A DNA stretch of 34,617 nucleotides, from positions 1-34,617 of the forward strand of contig JBDNFQ010000034.1 of NCBI GenBank assembly GCA_041689715.1, in the 5' to 3' direction. This document shows, piece after piece, positions 27,124 through 34,617 of this stretch. The stretch comes from Bacteroidia bacterium. GTDB taxonomy: Bacteria; Bacteroidota; Bacteroidia; NS11-12g; UBA9320. The position numbers and the translations under genes are program-made. Below the pieces are notes generated by a model. That model was not told the DNA's origin and ran no database searches. It saw only the letters and a list, made by a program, of their open reading frames with translations. Positions within the stretch are counted from its first letter, which is position 1, and each line of letters begins with the position of its first letter.

Positions 27124-27594
27124 ATGGACTTAAAAGAAATTCAAACATTAATCAAATTCATTTCATCGTCAGGAGTTGATGAAGTAGCAATTGAGAAAAA
27201 AGATTTTAAAATCAATATTAAGAAAAACTTGCAACAAGTTATTTCGCCAAGTGTAGTACACGCTCAGCAAGCTCTAGCATTAGCTGCACCCCAGGCGGTT
27301 GCAGTTATGCCTGCTCCTGCTGCTGAACTAGCTAAAGCACCTGTAGTATCTCTTGAGGAGGAAATAAAGTCGCCAATGATTGGCACTTTCTATCGTAAAT
27401 CATCGCCAGACAAACCTGTTTTTGTGGAAGTAGGTGATACTGTAGAAATAGGCCAAGTCATCTGCATCATTGAAGCAATGAAACTCTATAATGAGATAGA
27501 ATCTGAAGTGAGCGGAAGAATAGTGAAAGTGCTAGTGGACGATTCTCAACCAGTAGAATACGATCAGCCACTTTTCTTAGTTGAGCCAAGCTAG
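27124..27594 (+). CDS. accB: Biotin carboxyl carrier protein
   Basis: [12 protein letters not shown] biotinylation site, Ala/Pro linker. Confidence 0.97.
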   Translation: MDLKEIQTLIKFISSSGVDEVAIEKKDFKINIKKNLQQVISPSVVHAQQALALAAPQAVAVMPAPAAELAKAPVVSLEEEIKSPMIGTFYRKSSPDKPVFVEVGDTVEIGQVICIIEAMKLYNEIESEVSGRIVKVLVDDSQPVEYDQPLFLVEPS

Positions 27595-27601
27595 GATAGC
27601 T

Positions 27602-28942
27602 ATGTTTAAAAAAATATTAATCGCAAATAGAGGCGAGATTGCCTTAAGAATAATTCGCACCTGCAAAGAAATGGGCATTTCTACAGTCGCTGTATATTCT
27701 ACTGCTGATAAGGATTCGTTGCACGTAAAATTTGCCGATGAGGCAGTATGCATTGGCCCTCCACCTAGTCCAAAATCCTACCTGAGTATGCCTAATATCA
27801 TAGCAGCCGCAGAAATAACTAATGCAGATGCCATTCACCCTGGATACGGATTTCTTTCTGAGAATGCTATTTTTTCTGGAATGTGCAAAGATCATGGCAT
27901 TAAATTTATAGGTGCTAGTGCTGAGATGATAGACGGTATGGGCGACAAGGCAAATGCCAAAGCTACCATGATAGCTGCAGGTGTACCATGTGTGCCAGGT
28001 TCTGAAGGTTTATTGAAAGACTTAAAAGATGGTCACAAAGTCGCCAAACAAATAGGTTATCCAGTTATGCTAAAAGCGACAGCTGGAGGTGGAGGTAGAG
28101 GTATGCGACTCGTCTGGAAAGACGAAGATTTTGAAGATGCGTGGCATAGTGCCAGACAAGAATCAAAAGCCGCCTTTGGTAATGATGCTATGTACCTCGA
28201 AAAATTTGTAGAAGAACCAAGACATATTGAAATACAAATAGTTGGAGATCAATATGGTAAAGTTTGTCATCTTTCAGAAAGAGACTGCTCCATACAACGT
28301 AGACATCAAAAGCTACTTGAAGAAGCTCCATCTCCATTTGCAGATGACGATTTACGTAAACGTATGGGCGATGCAGCCATAAAAGCCGGAGAAGCAATAA
28401 ACTACGAAGGTGTAGGTACTGTAGAGTTTTTGGTGGACAAGCATAAAAATTTCTTCTTTATGGAAATGAATGTGCGAATACAAGTAGAGCACCCAGTAAC
28501 AGAAGAGGTTATAAACTTTGATTTGATAAAAGAACAAATAAAAGTAGCTGCAGGAATTCCAATAAGCGGTAAAAATTACTTCCCGTCTAAGCATTCTATG
28601 GAGTGCAGAATAAACGCAGAAGATCCTTTTAATGATTACCGACCAAGCCCGGGTAAAATAGAAGTACTGCATAAGCCAGGAGGTCACGGTGTGCGTATAG
28701 ACTCACATATATATGCAGGGTATACCGTACCGCCACACTATGATTCTATGATAGCTAAGCTTATAGTATCTGCACAAACAAGAGAAGAATGTATAGTGAA
28801 AATGGAAAGAGCCCTTTCTGAGTTTATTATAGAAGGTATTAAAACTACTATTCCTCTTCACCTTAAACTTATGAAAGATCCGGAATTTAGAGCGGGTAAT
28901 TTCACTACTAAGTTTATGGATACCTTCGATATAAATAAATAA
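27602..28942 (+). CDS. accC: Biotin carboxylase
   Basis: [48 protein letters not shown]. Confidence 0.97.
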   Translation: MFKKILIANRGEIALRIIRTCKEMGISTVAVYSTADKDSLHVKFADEAVCIGPPPSPKSYLSMPNIIAAAEITNADAIHPGYGFLSENAIFSGMCKDHGIKFIGASAEMIDGMGDKANAKATMIAAGVPCVPGSEGLLKDLKDGHKVAKQIGYPVMLKATAGGGGRGMRLVWKDEDFEDAWHSARQESKAAFGNDAMYLEKFVEEPRHIEIQIVGDQYGKVCHLSERDCSIQRRHQKLLEEAPSPFADDDLRKRMGDAAIKAGEAINYEGVGTVEFLVDKHKNFFFMEMNVRIQVEHPVTEEVINFDLIKEQIKVAAGIPISGKNYFPSKHSMECRINAEDPFNDYRPSPGKIEVLHKPGGHGVRIDSHIYAGYTVPPHYDSMIAKLIVSAQTREECIVKMERALSEFIIEGIKTTIPLHLKLMKDPEFRAGNFTTKFMDTFDINK

Positions 28943-28967
28943 CTTTTAACCAAACATAATTTTATAT

Positions 28968-29004
28968 AAAAGGCTTATACAACGTGTGATGTATAAGCCT
29001 TTTT
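28968..29004 (+). terminator. Intrinsic terminator after accC
   Basis: AAAAGGCTTATACA-N8-TGTATAAGCCTTTT-T. Confidence 0.88.
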
Positions 29005-29051
29005 GGTTCTTCCCTTTTCCAGAGACCCTTATATTCTAGAAGTTTATTCAT

Positions 29052-29078
29052 AAAAAAAGGTGCAGCAAACTGCACCTT
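29052..29078 (-). terminator. Intrinsic terminator after the T9SS substrate gene
   Basis: Minus strand AAGGTGCAG-TTTG-CTGCACCTTTTTTT. Confidence 0.88.
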
Positions 29079-29101
29079 CCCTCATATTTTTAAATGCCTA
29101 C

Positions 29102-29776
29102 CTATTGCTTATGTAAAACTTGTGAGTAAGATGCGACCCCCTCTATTCTTAAGACATACACGCCCTTAGAAAGCTTACTTACATCTAGCTTATCTCCAGA
29201 CGACACGGCCTTAGATATGTGCAAATTTCCAAGTATGTCGTATACCTTTACGGTTTCCGATCCTCCATTTGCTAGTTTAATGGTAACAAAATCCTTAGCT
29301 GGATTGGGGTATGCAACAAACTTTGTTTTGGATGCTGCTTCAACAGATACTTTGTCTCTAGTGACAATCGAAAGTTTTATAGAATCCCGCACCATTGGAT
29401 TTTTTTTGGACCAAACGGTAAGCGTCATATTACCCTTTCCTGCGGTGTAGTAAGTGCTAAACCCCAGTTTAAATGTGTCACTAGCCCCTACAGGTACAGT
29501 ATATTGATATTCTCCCTCTGGATTAGATACGCATACTAGACCACTACACACGGTATAGTCCCAACCCGCTTGTCTGTCGACACTTGTAACTTTCCAAACA
29601 AAAGTTGTATCATCCGCATTTTCAGCATTGCTGGTAAGAACAAATTTCTTATCAAAATCAAATCTGTTGTAATCTAAGTTTAAACTCTCGTACTCATTAA
29701 TATCAAACGAGAATTGTGCGAAAGAGGAAGACGCGAAAGCAAGTAGCGTAAAAAGTAAAGTGATTTTTTTATTCAT
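29102..29776 (-). CDS. Small secreted protein with T9SS type A sorting domain
   Basis: Signal peptide ending SFA-Q; CTD YPNPAKD...YDILG...LSKGVYVLR. Confidence 0.9.
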   Translation of the reverse strand: MNKKITLLFTLLAFASSSFAQFSFDINEYESLNLDYNRFDFDKKFVLTSNAENADDTTFVWKVTSVDRQAGWDYTVCSGLVCVSNPEGEYQYTVPVGASDTFKLGFSTYYTAGKGNMTLTVWSKKNPMVRDSIKLSIVTRDKVSVEAASKTKFVAYPNPAKDFVTIKLANGGSETVKVYDILGNLHISKAVSSGDKLDVSKLSKGVYVLRIEGVASYSQVLHKQ

Positions 29777-29788
29777 AATGTTATTGTT

Positions 29789-30352
29789 TTAAGCAGCTTC
29801 AGCCTCAACAGACTCCACTTCTGGTATCATTCTTTTCAATAAGTTTTCTATTCCTGCTTTCAGAGTAAGAGTGCTGCTAGGGCAACCACTACAAGAACCT
29901 TTCATTGTGACAGTAACTACTCCGGCTTCAAAACTCTTAAAATCTATGGCTCCACCATCCATTTCCACAGCTGGTCTCACGTGGTCCTCTAGTAGCTGCT
30001 TGATTTTTGTCACAACCTCAGACTCTTCTTCGTCAGTCAGGTTTTCTTTTACCACTACTATTGGCTTCTCAGATTCAAGATAATCCTGAACAAACTTTTT
30101 GAGCTGTGGTATAATATCAAACCATTCGTAATCTGCTTTTTTAGTGACAGACACGAAGTTATTCATAATAAAAACTCCTTTTACGAAGTCATACTCAAAC
30201 AACTCCTTAGCCATAGGGCACTCATCAGTTTTTTCATTCGTTCTAAAATCAATACTATCGTTTGGCAAAATCATTTTATTTGCCACGAATTTCATCGACT
30301 CTGGATTTGGTGTTTTCTCTGAATATACGGTAATAACGTCTTGTAATTCCAT
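29789..30352 (-). CDS. Nfu/NifU-family Fe-S cluster carrier (Nfu_N + NifU-C)
   Basis: TPNPESMKF, VRPAVEMDGG, GSCSGCPSS; own -7 box TACTTTTG at 30376-30369. Confidence 0.93.
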   Translation of the reverse strand: MELQDVITVYSEKTPNPESMKFVANKMILPNDSIDFRTNEKTDECPMAKELFEYDFVKGVFIMNNFVSVTKKADYEWFDIIPQLKKFVQDYLESEKPIVVVKENLTDEEESEVVTKIKQLLEDHVRPAVEMDGGAIDFKSFEAGVVTVTMKGSCSGCPSSTLTLKAGIENLLKRMIPEVESVEAEAA

Positions 30353-30409
30353 GCTATTTATAACGGTTCAAAAGTAAGTATAGTTTTAAAGAATTCAAAC
30401 CCCATTTAG

Positions 30410-33400
30410 TCATCTTTCTTCTATTTCGTCTGATATGCTGTGCAATAAATCTGTCGAACTGTATACTTTATTTGCTAGGTAATTCTTATTAAAATTACAC
30501 CATTGACAGTCGGTCTCGTCACATCCATTGTCAAATTCAAGGTTTTGTATCTTAGTAAATGTTTCTCTTATTTGTTTTTTAACAAAGGCGTATTCGTCTT
30601 CATTCACCATAATTTTCACTTTCTTGAGCTCGTCATTATCCGGCTCTATAAAGTCAATTTCGCCAGAAATAACCTTAAGGTTCTGTGTGGTGTCGCTTTC
30701 TATCAGTGCTTTGTAAAACAAGATTTGTCGCCAATAATCGCCACCGAATCTCTTTTCAAAATTAGCTTCGTCTGGATTGTCTTCTAATATGAGAGGCGGC
30801 TTTATTTTCTTAATGCCGTACTTTACTTGTCCCGTTTTAAAATCTACCACGTGAGCTGCTCTATCGTTTATTACCACCTTGTCTATTTGTCCACGAATAG
30901 GGACTCCTTCTATTTCACAATTTTTAAGATACAATTCTGTATGTATTTCACCTTGCCCGGCCCAAGTCTTTGCATATTGATCATAGTATTTATTCAAAAT
31001 ATCTATACCATAGTACATTCTCCGTTCTAAACCTTCCTTTGTGAAAGCCTCTTTACTGCTGTGCATCGCCGCAGTAAAACGGTTTTTGATATACTCTTTG
31101 GCCTTTCCCTCCTCTTGCAAATTGGCTAAGTTCTTATACAAACCATCTAGAGCAGAGTGCACCGCTGTTCCAAATGTGGAGCTCTCGCCTTTGGCAGAAG
31201 GTACTCGCAGAATATTTTGGTAAAAGAATGCCACAGGACACCTTAAGTAACTATTCAAATTGGTAGCACTGAGTCTGAAATTTTCTACTTCTTTTTTTAC
31301 AAAATCTTGCTTTACTAAGTCAATGTATTCTTCATTTCTATATGTCAGCATAAAATCAAAGAAGTGGAGCAAATCTTCTTCGTTGGCCTCTTGTTTTAGT
31401 ATTTGGGCAGCACCGCTTTCTTCTAGTTCTACAACAAATAGACTTTTGGTAAGGTCTTTGTCTTTTTCGTCTTTGAGAGCATAACTTATCTCTATGTTTT
31501 TTCTTGCCCTGGTGATGGCAACATAAAAAAGTCTTCGAGCTTCTTCCTCTATAGCCTTTTTAGGCTCTCCTGGGAGCAGCATATTTAGCTTATATGGCAG
31601 TGCCTGACCATCTTTTTCCCACTTCTTTTCTGTACAGCCTAATACAAATACATAGTCGTATTCTAAACCTTTACTACCATGCACAGTCATTAGGTTTACT
31701 CCATTTATTCCGTGAATTATTTTATTTAGCTTTAACCCTAAGTTATTTGATTTTAGAAGCTCAATTTTGTTCAAATAGGCTAAGAGCGACAGATACGGCT
31801 CGCGAGCTGTTTCTTCTTTCAGAAAATTATAGTATGTCTTGAGGCTCTGAATTTGAAAAGTTGCATCCTTGGCTGATAGGGCTCTAGAAACAAAACCTAT
31901 TTTAGACATTATTCGCTCTACGAACATTTGAAGTGTAATATTATGTATTTCTTTTAGCCAAAACTCTACATCTGCCACAAATGCTCGCAACTCTTTTTTA
32001 GCATCACTTCCTATCTCTAGCCTTGCTGCTACTCCATTTAGTTGTTCACGCCAGCCTATCTTCCTGTCTTTGGAGAGTATAGTACTTATTCTAGCTATAT
32101 CTAAAGCCGACAAGTGCCTAAAGTTATGATAATGTAAGATCTCAAACATCAAGTGCTGACCAGAGTCTAGTTTCTGGCCTTCTAAGCTGAGGTAGGTCAA
32201 AAAGTTATTGAGCTGATGCACTAGTGGTACTTCTAGTACATCTTGAGTTCTGGCAACATTGTAGCTTATTCCTTCTGCCTCTAAGTACTTGATTAGCTCC
32301 TCGCTTTGGCTATGGTTTCGATACATTATACCTACCTCGCTAAGCGATACTCCCTTCGATTTTAATTCTTTTAGTTTACTAGTAATACTCACTATCTCCT
32401 GAAAAGTATTTGGATACTCTACTACTTTGAGTGCGTTTTTGATATTGGCTACCTTATCATTGGCTGCGGTTATCTCTTTATTCAGGTTGGGCACCTTGCC
32501 TACTAGACGTTCTTTATTATGCTTTATTATGGCATTACTACCATCTAATATGCTTTGGCTAGATCTGTAATTTTGATCTAAAATTACCAGTTTAATATGG
32601 TCTTCATATCGTTTATAAAATTCAAATATATTCTCAACATTGGCTCCTTGAAACTTGTATACAGACTGATCGTCATCGCCCACTACAAAAACATTTGGGT
32701 TTTCCCAATAACTAATAAGTGTATAGAGCAGCTCGTTCTGAGCACCATTGGTATCTTGATATTCATCTACCAAGAAGTATTGATACATCTCTTGATACTT
32801 TAGCAACAAGTCTTCATTATTTTTTAATGCAGAGAGCACCCAAGCTATCATATCATTAAAATCATAGCGTTTTCTCTTTTTTAACTTAGCATCATACTCA
32901 TCAAGTAGCATGGCCGCCTCCTTCAACTTTTCTAAAGGCTCTTTGTCGGCATTATATGTTCTCAGGTTTAAGTCTCCTTTGTTGTTTTCTCCCGATTTGC
33001 GTTTATATAGATACTTTTCGTCGGTAAGCATCTCTGCCAGCTTAGCATCTACTTTTGCAATGATGTCGTTTGCTGAAAGGTTGTCTTTTTTCATCAAACC
33101 AAAAAGCTTGAGTAGATTTCTAACATCATAATACACATCACCTACGTACCTTTTTATTATGCTATCGTGAGGAAGTTCATCCACTATCTCTCTCATGACC
33201 TCCACCACCTCAAGCTCAGATATGGGGTCTAGATCTTGTATGCCAAAGAGGTCCTTGTTTTCTTGTATAACAGTATTACAGAAACCGTGATAGGTATACA
33301 CATTTACCTTATACGATTCCGAACCCATAAACTGATTCAATCTTAAACGCAATGCCGTGGTAGCTGCTTCTGTAAAAGTAAGACATAGGATATTTTCGGG

Positions 33401-33559
33401 ACTAGTATCTGTTTTCTTAATAATACTCGCCACTCGTGCACCCAGTACCTGTGTCTTTCCTGTACCTGGACCTGCAACTACCATTACGGATCCTTCAATT
33501 GTATTTACAGCTTTTTTCTGATTGGGATTTAGATTAGTATATACTTCTTCGAAAATCAT
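30410..33559 (-). CDS. UvrD/PcrA-type helicase fused to C-terminal PD-(D/E)XK nuclease
   Basis: AGPGTGKT, DEYQD, VGDDDQS, NYRS, TVHGSKGLE, RRLFYVAITRA; nuclease LSAT...CP, GTAVH, GQIDK, DFKTG, QILFY; ATG 33559 preferred over TTG 33571. Confidence 0.92.
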   Translation of the reverse strand: MIFEEVYTNLNPNQKKAVNTIEGSVMVVAGPGTGKTQVLGARVASIIKKTDTSPENILCLTFTEAATTALRLRLNQFMGSESYKVNVYTYHGFCNTVIQENKDLFGIQDLDPISELEVVEVMREIVDELPHDSIIKRYVGDVYYDVRNLLKLFGLMKKDNLSANDIIAKVDAKLAEMLTDEKYLYKRKSGENNKGDLNLRTYNADKEPLEKLKEAAMLLDEYDAKLKKRKRYDFNDMIAWVLSALKNNEDLLLKYQEMYQYFLVDEYQDTNGAQNELLYTLISYWENPNVFVVGDDDQSVYKFQGANVENIFEFYKRYEDHIKLVILDQNYRSSQSILDGSNAIIKHNKERLVGKVPNLNKEITAANDKVANIKNALKVVEYPNTFQEIVSITSKLKELKSKGVSLSEVGIMYRNHSQSEELIKYLEAEGISYNVARTQDVLEVPLVHQLNNFLTYLSLEGQKLDSGQHLMFEILHYHNFRHLSALDIARISTILSKDRKIGWREQLNGVAARLEIGSDAKKELRAFVADVEFWLKEIHNITLQMFVERIMSKIGFVSRALSAKDATFQIQSLKTYYNFLKEETAREPYLSLLAYLNKIELLKSNNLGLKLNKIIHGINGVNLMTVHGSKGLEYDYVFVLGCTEKKWEKDGQALPYKLNMLLPGEPKKAIEEEARRLFYVAITRARKNIEISYALKDEKDKDLTKSLFVVELEESGAAQILKQEANEEDLLHFFDFMLTYRNEEYIDLVKQDFVKKEVENFRLSATNLNSYLRCPVAFFYQNILRVPSAKGESSTFGTAVHSALDGLYKNLANLQEEGKAKEYIKNRFTAAMHSSKEAFTKEGLERRMYYGIDILNKYYDQYAKTWAGQGEIHTELYLKNCEIEGVPIRGQIDKVVINDRAAHVVDFKTGQVKYGIKKIKPPLILEDNPDEANFEKRFGGDYWRQILFYKALIESDTTQNLKVISGEIDFIEPDNDELKKVKIMVNEDEYAFVKKQIRETFTKIQNLEFDNGCDETDCQWCNFNKNYLANKVYSSTDLLHSISDEIEER

Positions 33560-33699
33560 AAACAGTGGCAATATGAGCGTTTTTTTGGATTTAGCTCGTA
33601 GTAAATTATACTATTTTTAAAAAAATATTTATAAAATGTCTTGGTATTACGCAACCTTTTTCGATTTTTGTGTCTAATATTATTAAAAGAACATAAATA

Positions 33700-34617
33700 A
33701 TGATAAAAGACAATTACTTAATTAAAGGCCTAATGTCTTTGCTGCTTATATCTGCAGCAGGTTGGGCAAGTGCACAGTACTGTACATCGGCGGCTGCCAA
33801 TCCGTATGACTCAAAGTGCGACAGAGTACAATTAGTTGGGAATAGTGTTACCATAGACGAAAACTCGTCTGGTGCAGGTTGCCAAGTGTACACTGACAAT
33901 ACTTCAGTTACGGCTGCTGACTTATCTCCAGGCGGAAACTACACTATTACTATTACCCAAGGAACTTGTGGTGGTAACTATACTAGAAGATCTAATGCTT
34001 GGATCGATTATAATAGAGATGGCGATTTTACAGACGCTGGAGAAATGCTAAGTGCTGGAAACGGTTCAGGTGTAAATGTTATTAATTTCACTGTTCCATG
34101 TTCTATCGGCACTGGTGCTACTCGTATGAGAGTAATTGTAAATGAGTCTAGTGCTACTCTTACAAATCCATGTCTCAATAACTATGCTTGGGGAGAAACC
34201 GAAGATTATACAGTTGATCTTCTTGCTCCAGCTGGTGGCTTAAGCAGTAACTTCTTTGTGGCTGATACTTCATATGTAGGTACACCTGTAAGATTTGTAA
34301 ACTCTAATCAGACTGGATATATATCTCACAACTGGACTATCGACGGTGTGCCAGCTACCAGTATCAACGTAACTAGGGTGTTTAGTACTGCAGGTACTTA
34401 CTCTGCTAAGCTTGTAAGTGAAAACTGCCTAGGTAAAGATTCTACTACTAAGTCTTTTGTTATTGTAGCTCCTACTGCTCCTCCGGTTGCTAATTTTGTT
34501 TCTGATAAAAATATTGTTGAAATATTCGAGACTTTCTCGCTTATCGATTTAAGTACTAACGGACCTACCTATTGGGATTGGTCTATTATTAAAGGAACAG
34601 ATACAATAGACGGTGAC
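33700..34617 (+). CDS. Secreted GEVED + PKD domain protein, 3' end beyond window
   Basis: Absent from ORF track. MIKDNYLIKGLMSLLLISAAGWASA-QYCTS...; AWIDYNRDGDF, TRMRV, GETEDY (GEVED); PKD-like FSTAGTYSAKL and PVANF...DLSTNGPTYWDW. Confidence 0.9.
   Translation, partial: MIKDNYLIKGLMSLLLISAAGWASAQYCTSAAANPYDSKCDRVQLVGNSVTIDENSSGAGCQVYTDNTSVTAADLSPGGNYTITITQGTCGGNYTRRSNAWIDYNRDGDFTDAGEMLSAGNGSGVNVINFTVPCSIGTGATRMRVIVNESSATLTNPCLNNYAWGETEDYTVDLLAPAGGLSSNFFVADTSYVGTPVRFVNSNQTGYISHNWTIDGVPATSINVTRVFSTAGTYSAKLVSENCLGKDSTTKSFVIVAPTAPPVANFVSDKNIVEIFETFSLIDLSTNGPTYWDWSIIKGTDTIDGD

Noticed and set aside
26038-27601. Extended starts for fabH (26038) and accC (27581)
   Set aside because: They overlap upstream genes; family N-termini match ATG 26095 and 27602.
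30410-31300. Cas4 or defence-system call for the nuclease domain
   Set aside because: It is fused to a UvrD helicase among housekeeping genes, with no array or defence neighbours.
30503-33899. Short ORFs opposite the helicase and GEVED genes
   Set aside because: Shadow ORFs of long genes, like the other antisense ORFs in the track.

Overview
Core-genome window from an AT-rich Bacteroidota bacterium. The assignment rests on TAnnTTTG promoter boxes, a short region-1.1-less RpoD and a T9SS C-terminal sorting domain. In order: a minus-strand envelope operon (kdsD, manC, SGNH acetyltransferase, MBOAT gene running off the left edge); recQ, tRNA-Gln, prs, rplY; an epimerase and a degenerate arginase-fold protein; a 42-aa lipoprotein; an ECF sigma/anti-sigma/periplasmic partner trio; a structured ~290-bp intergenic region; a CarH/LitR-type regulator with crtI-crtB-crtZ-crtY; a complete IS3-family element with a nonsense-broken transposase; rpoD, icd and a UPF0104 membrane protein; a pseudogene remnant fusing a ThiF (Rv1355c-like) gene to a histidine-kinase tail, beside an orphan response regulator; pdxA-yceD-rpmF-plsX-fabH-accB-accC; a small T9SS substrate, an Nfu protein and a UvrD helicase-nuclease fusion; and the start of a GEVED/PKD surface protein. 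No CRISPR, prophage or defence island is visible, and I cannot demonstrate a new system from sequence alone. The best leads are the candidate sRNA with repeated UCUUACCA motifs, a sigma-54-type site upstream of rpoD, the decayed ThiF/kinase/regulator locus and the IS that displaced the rpoD terminator. All calls are from reading motifs by eye; no database search was run.
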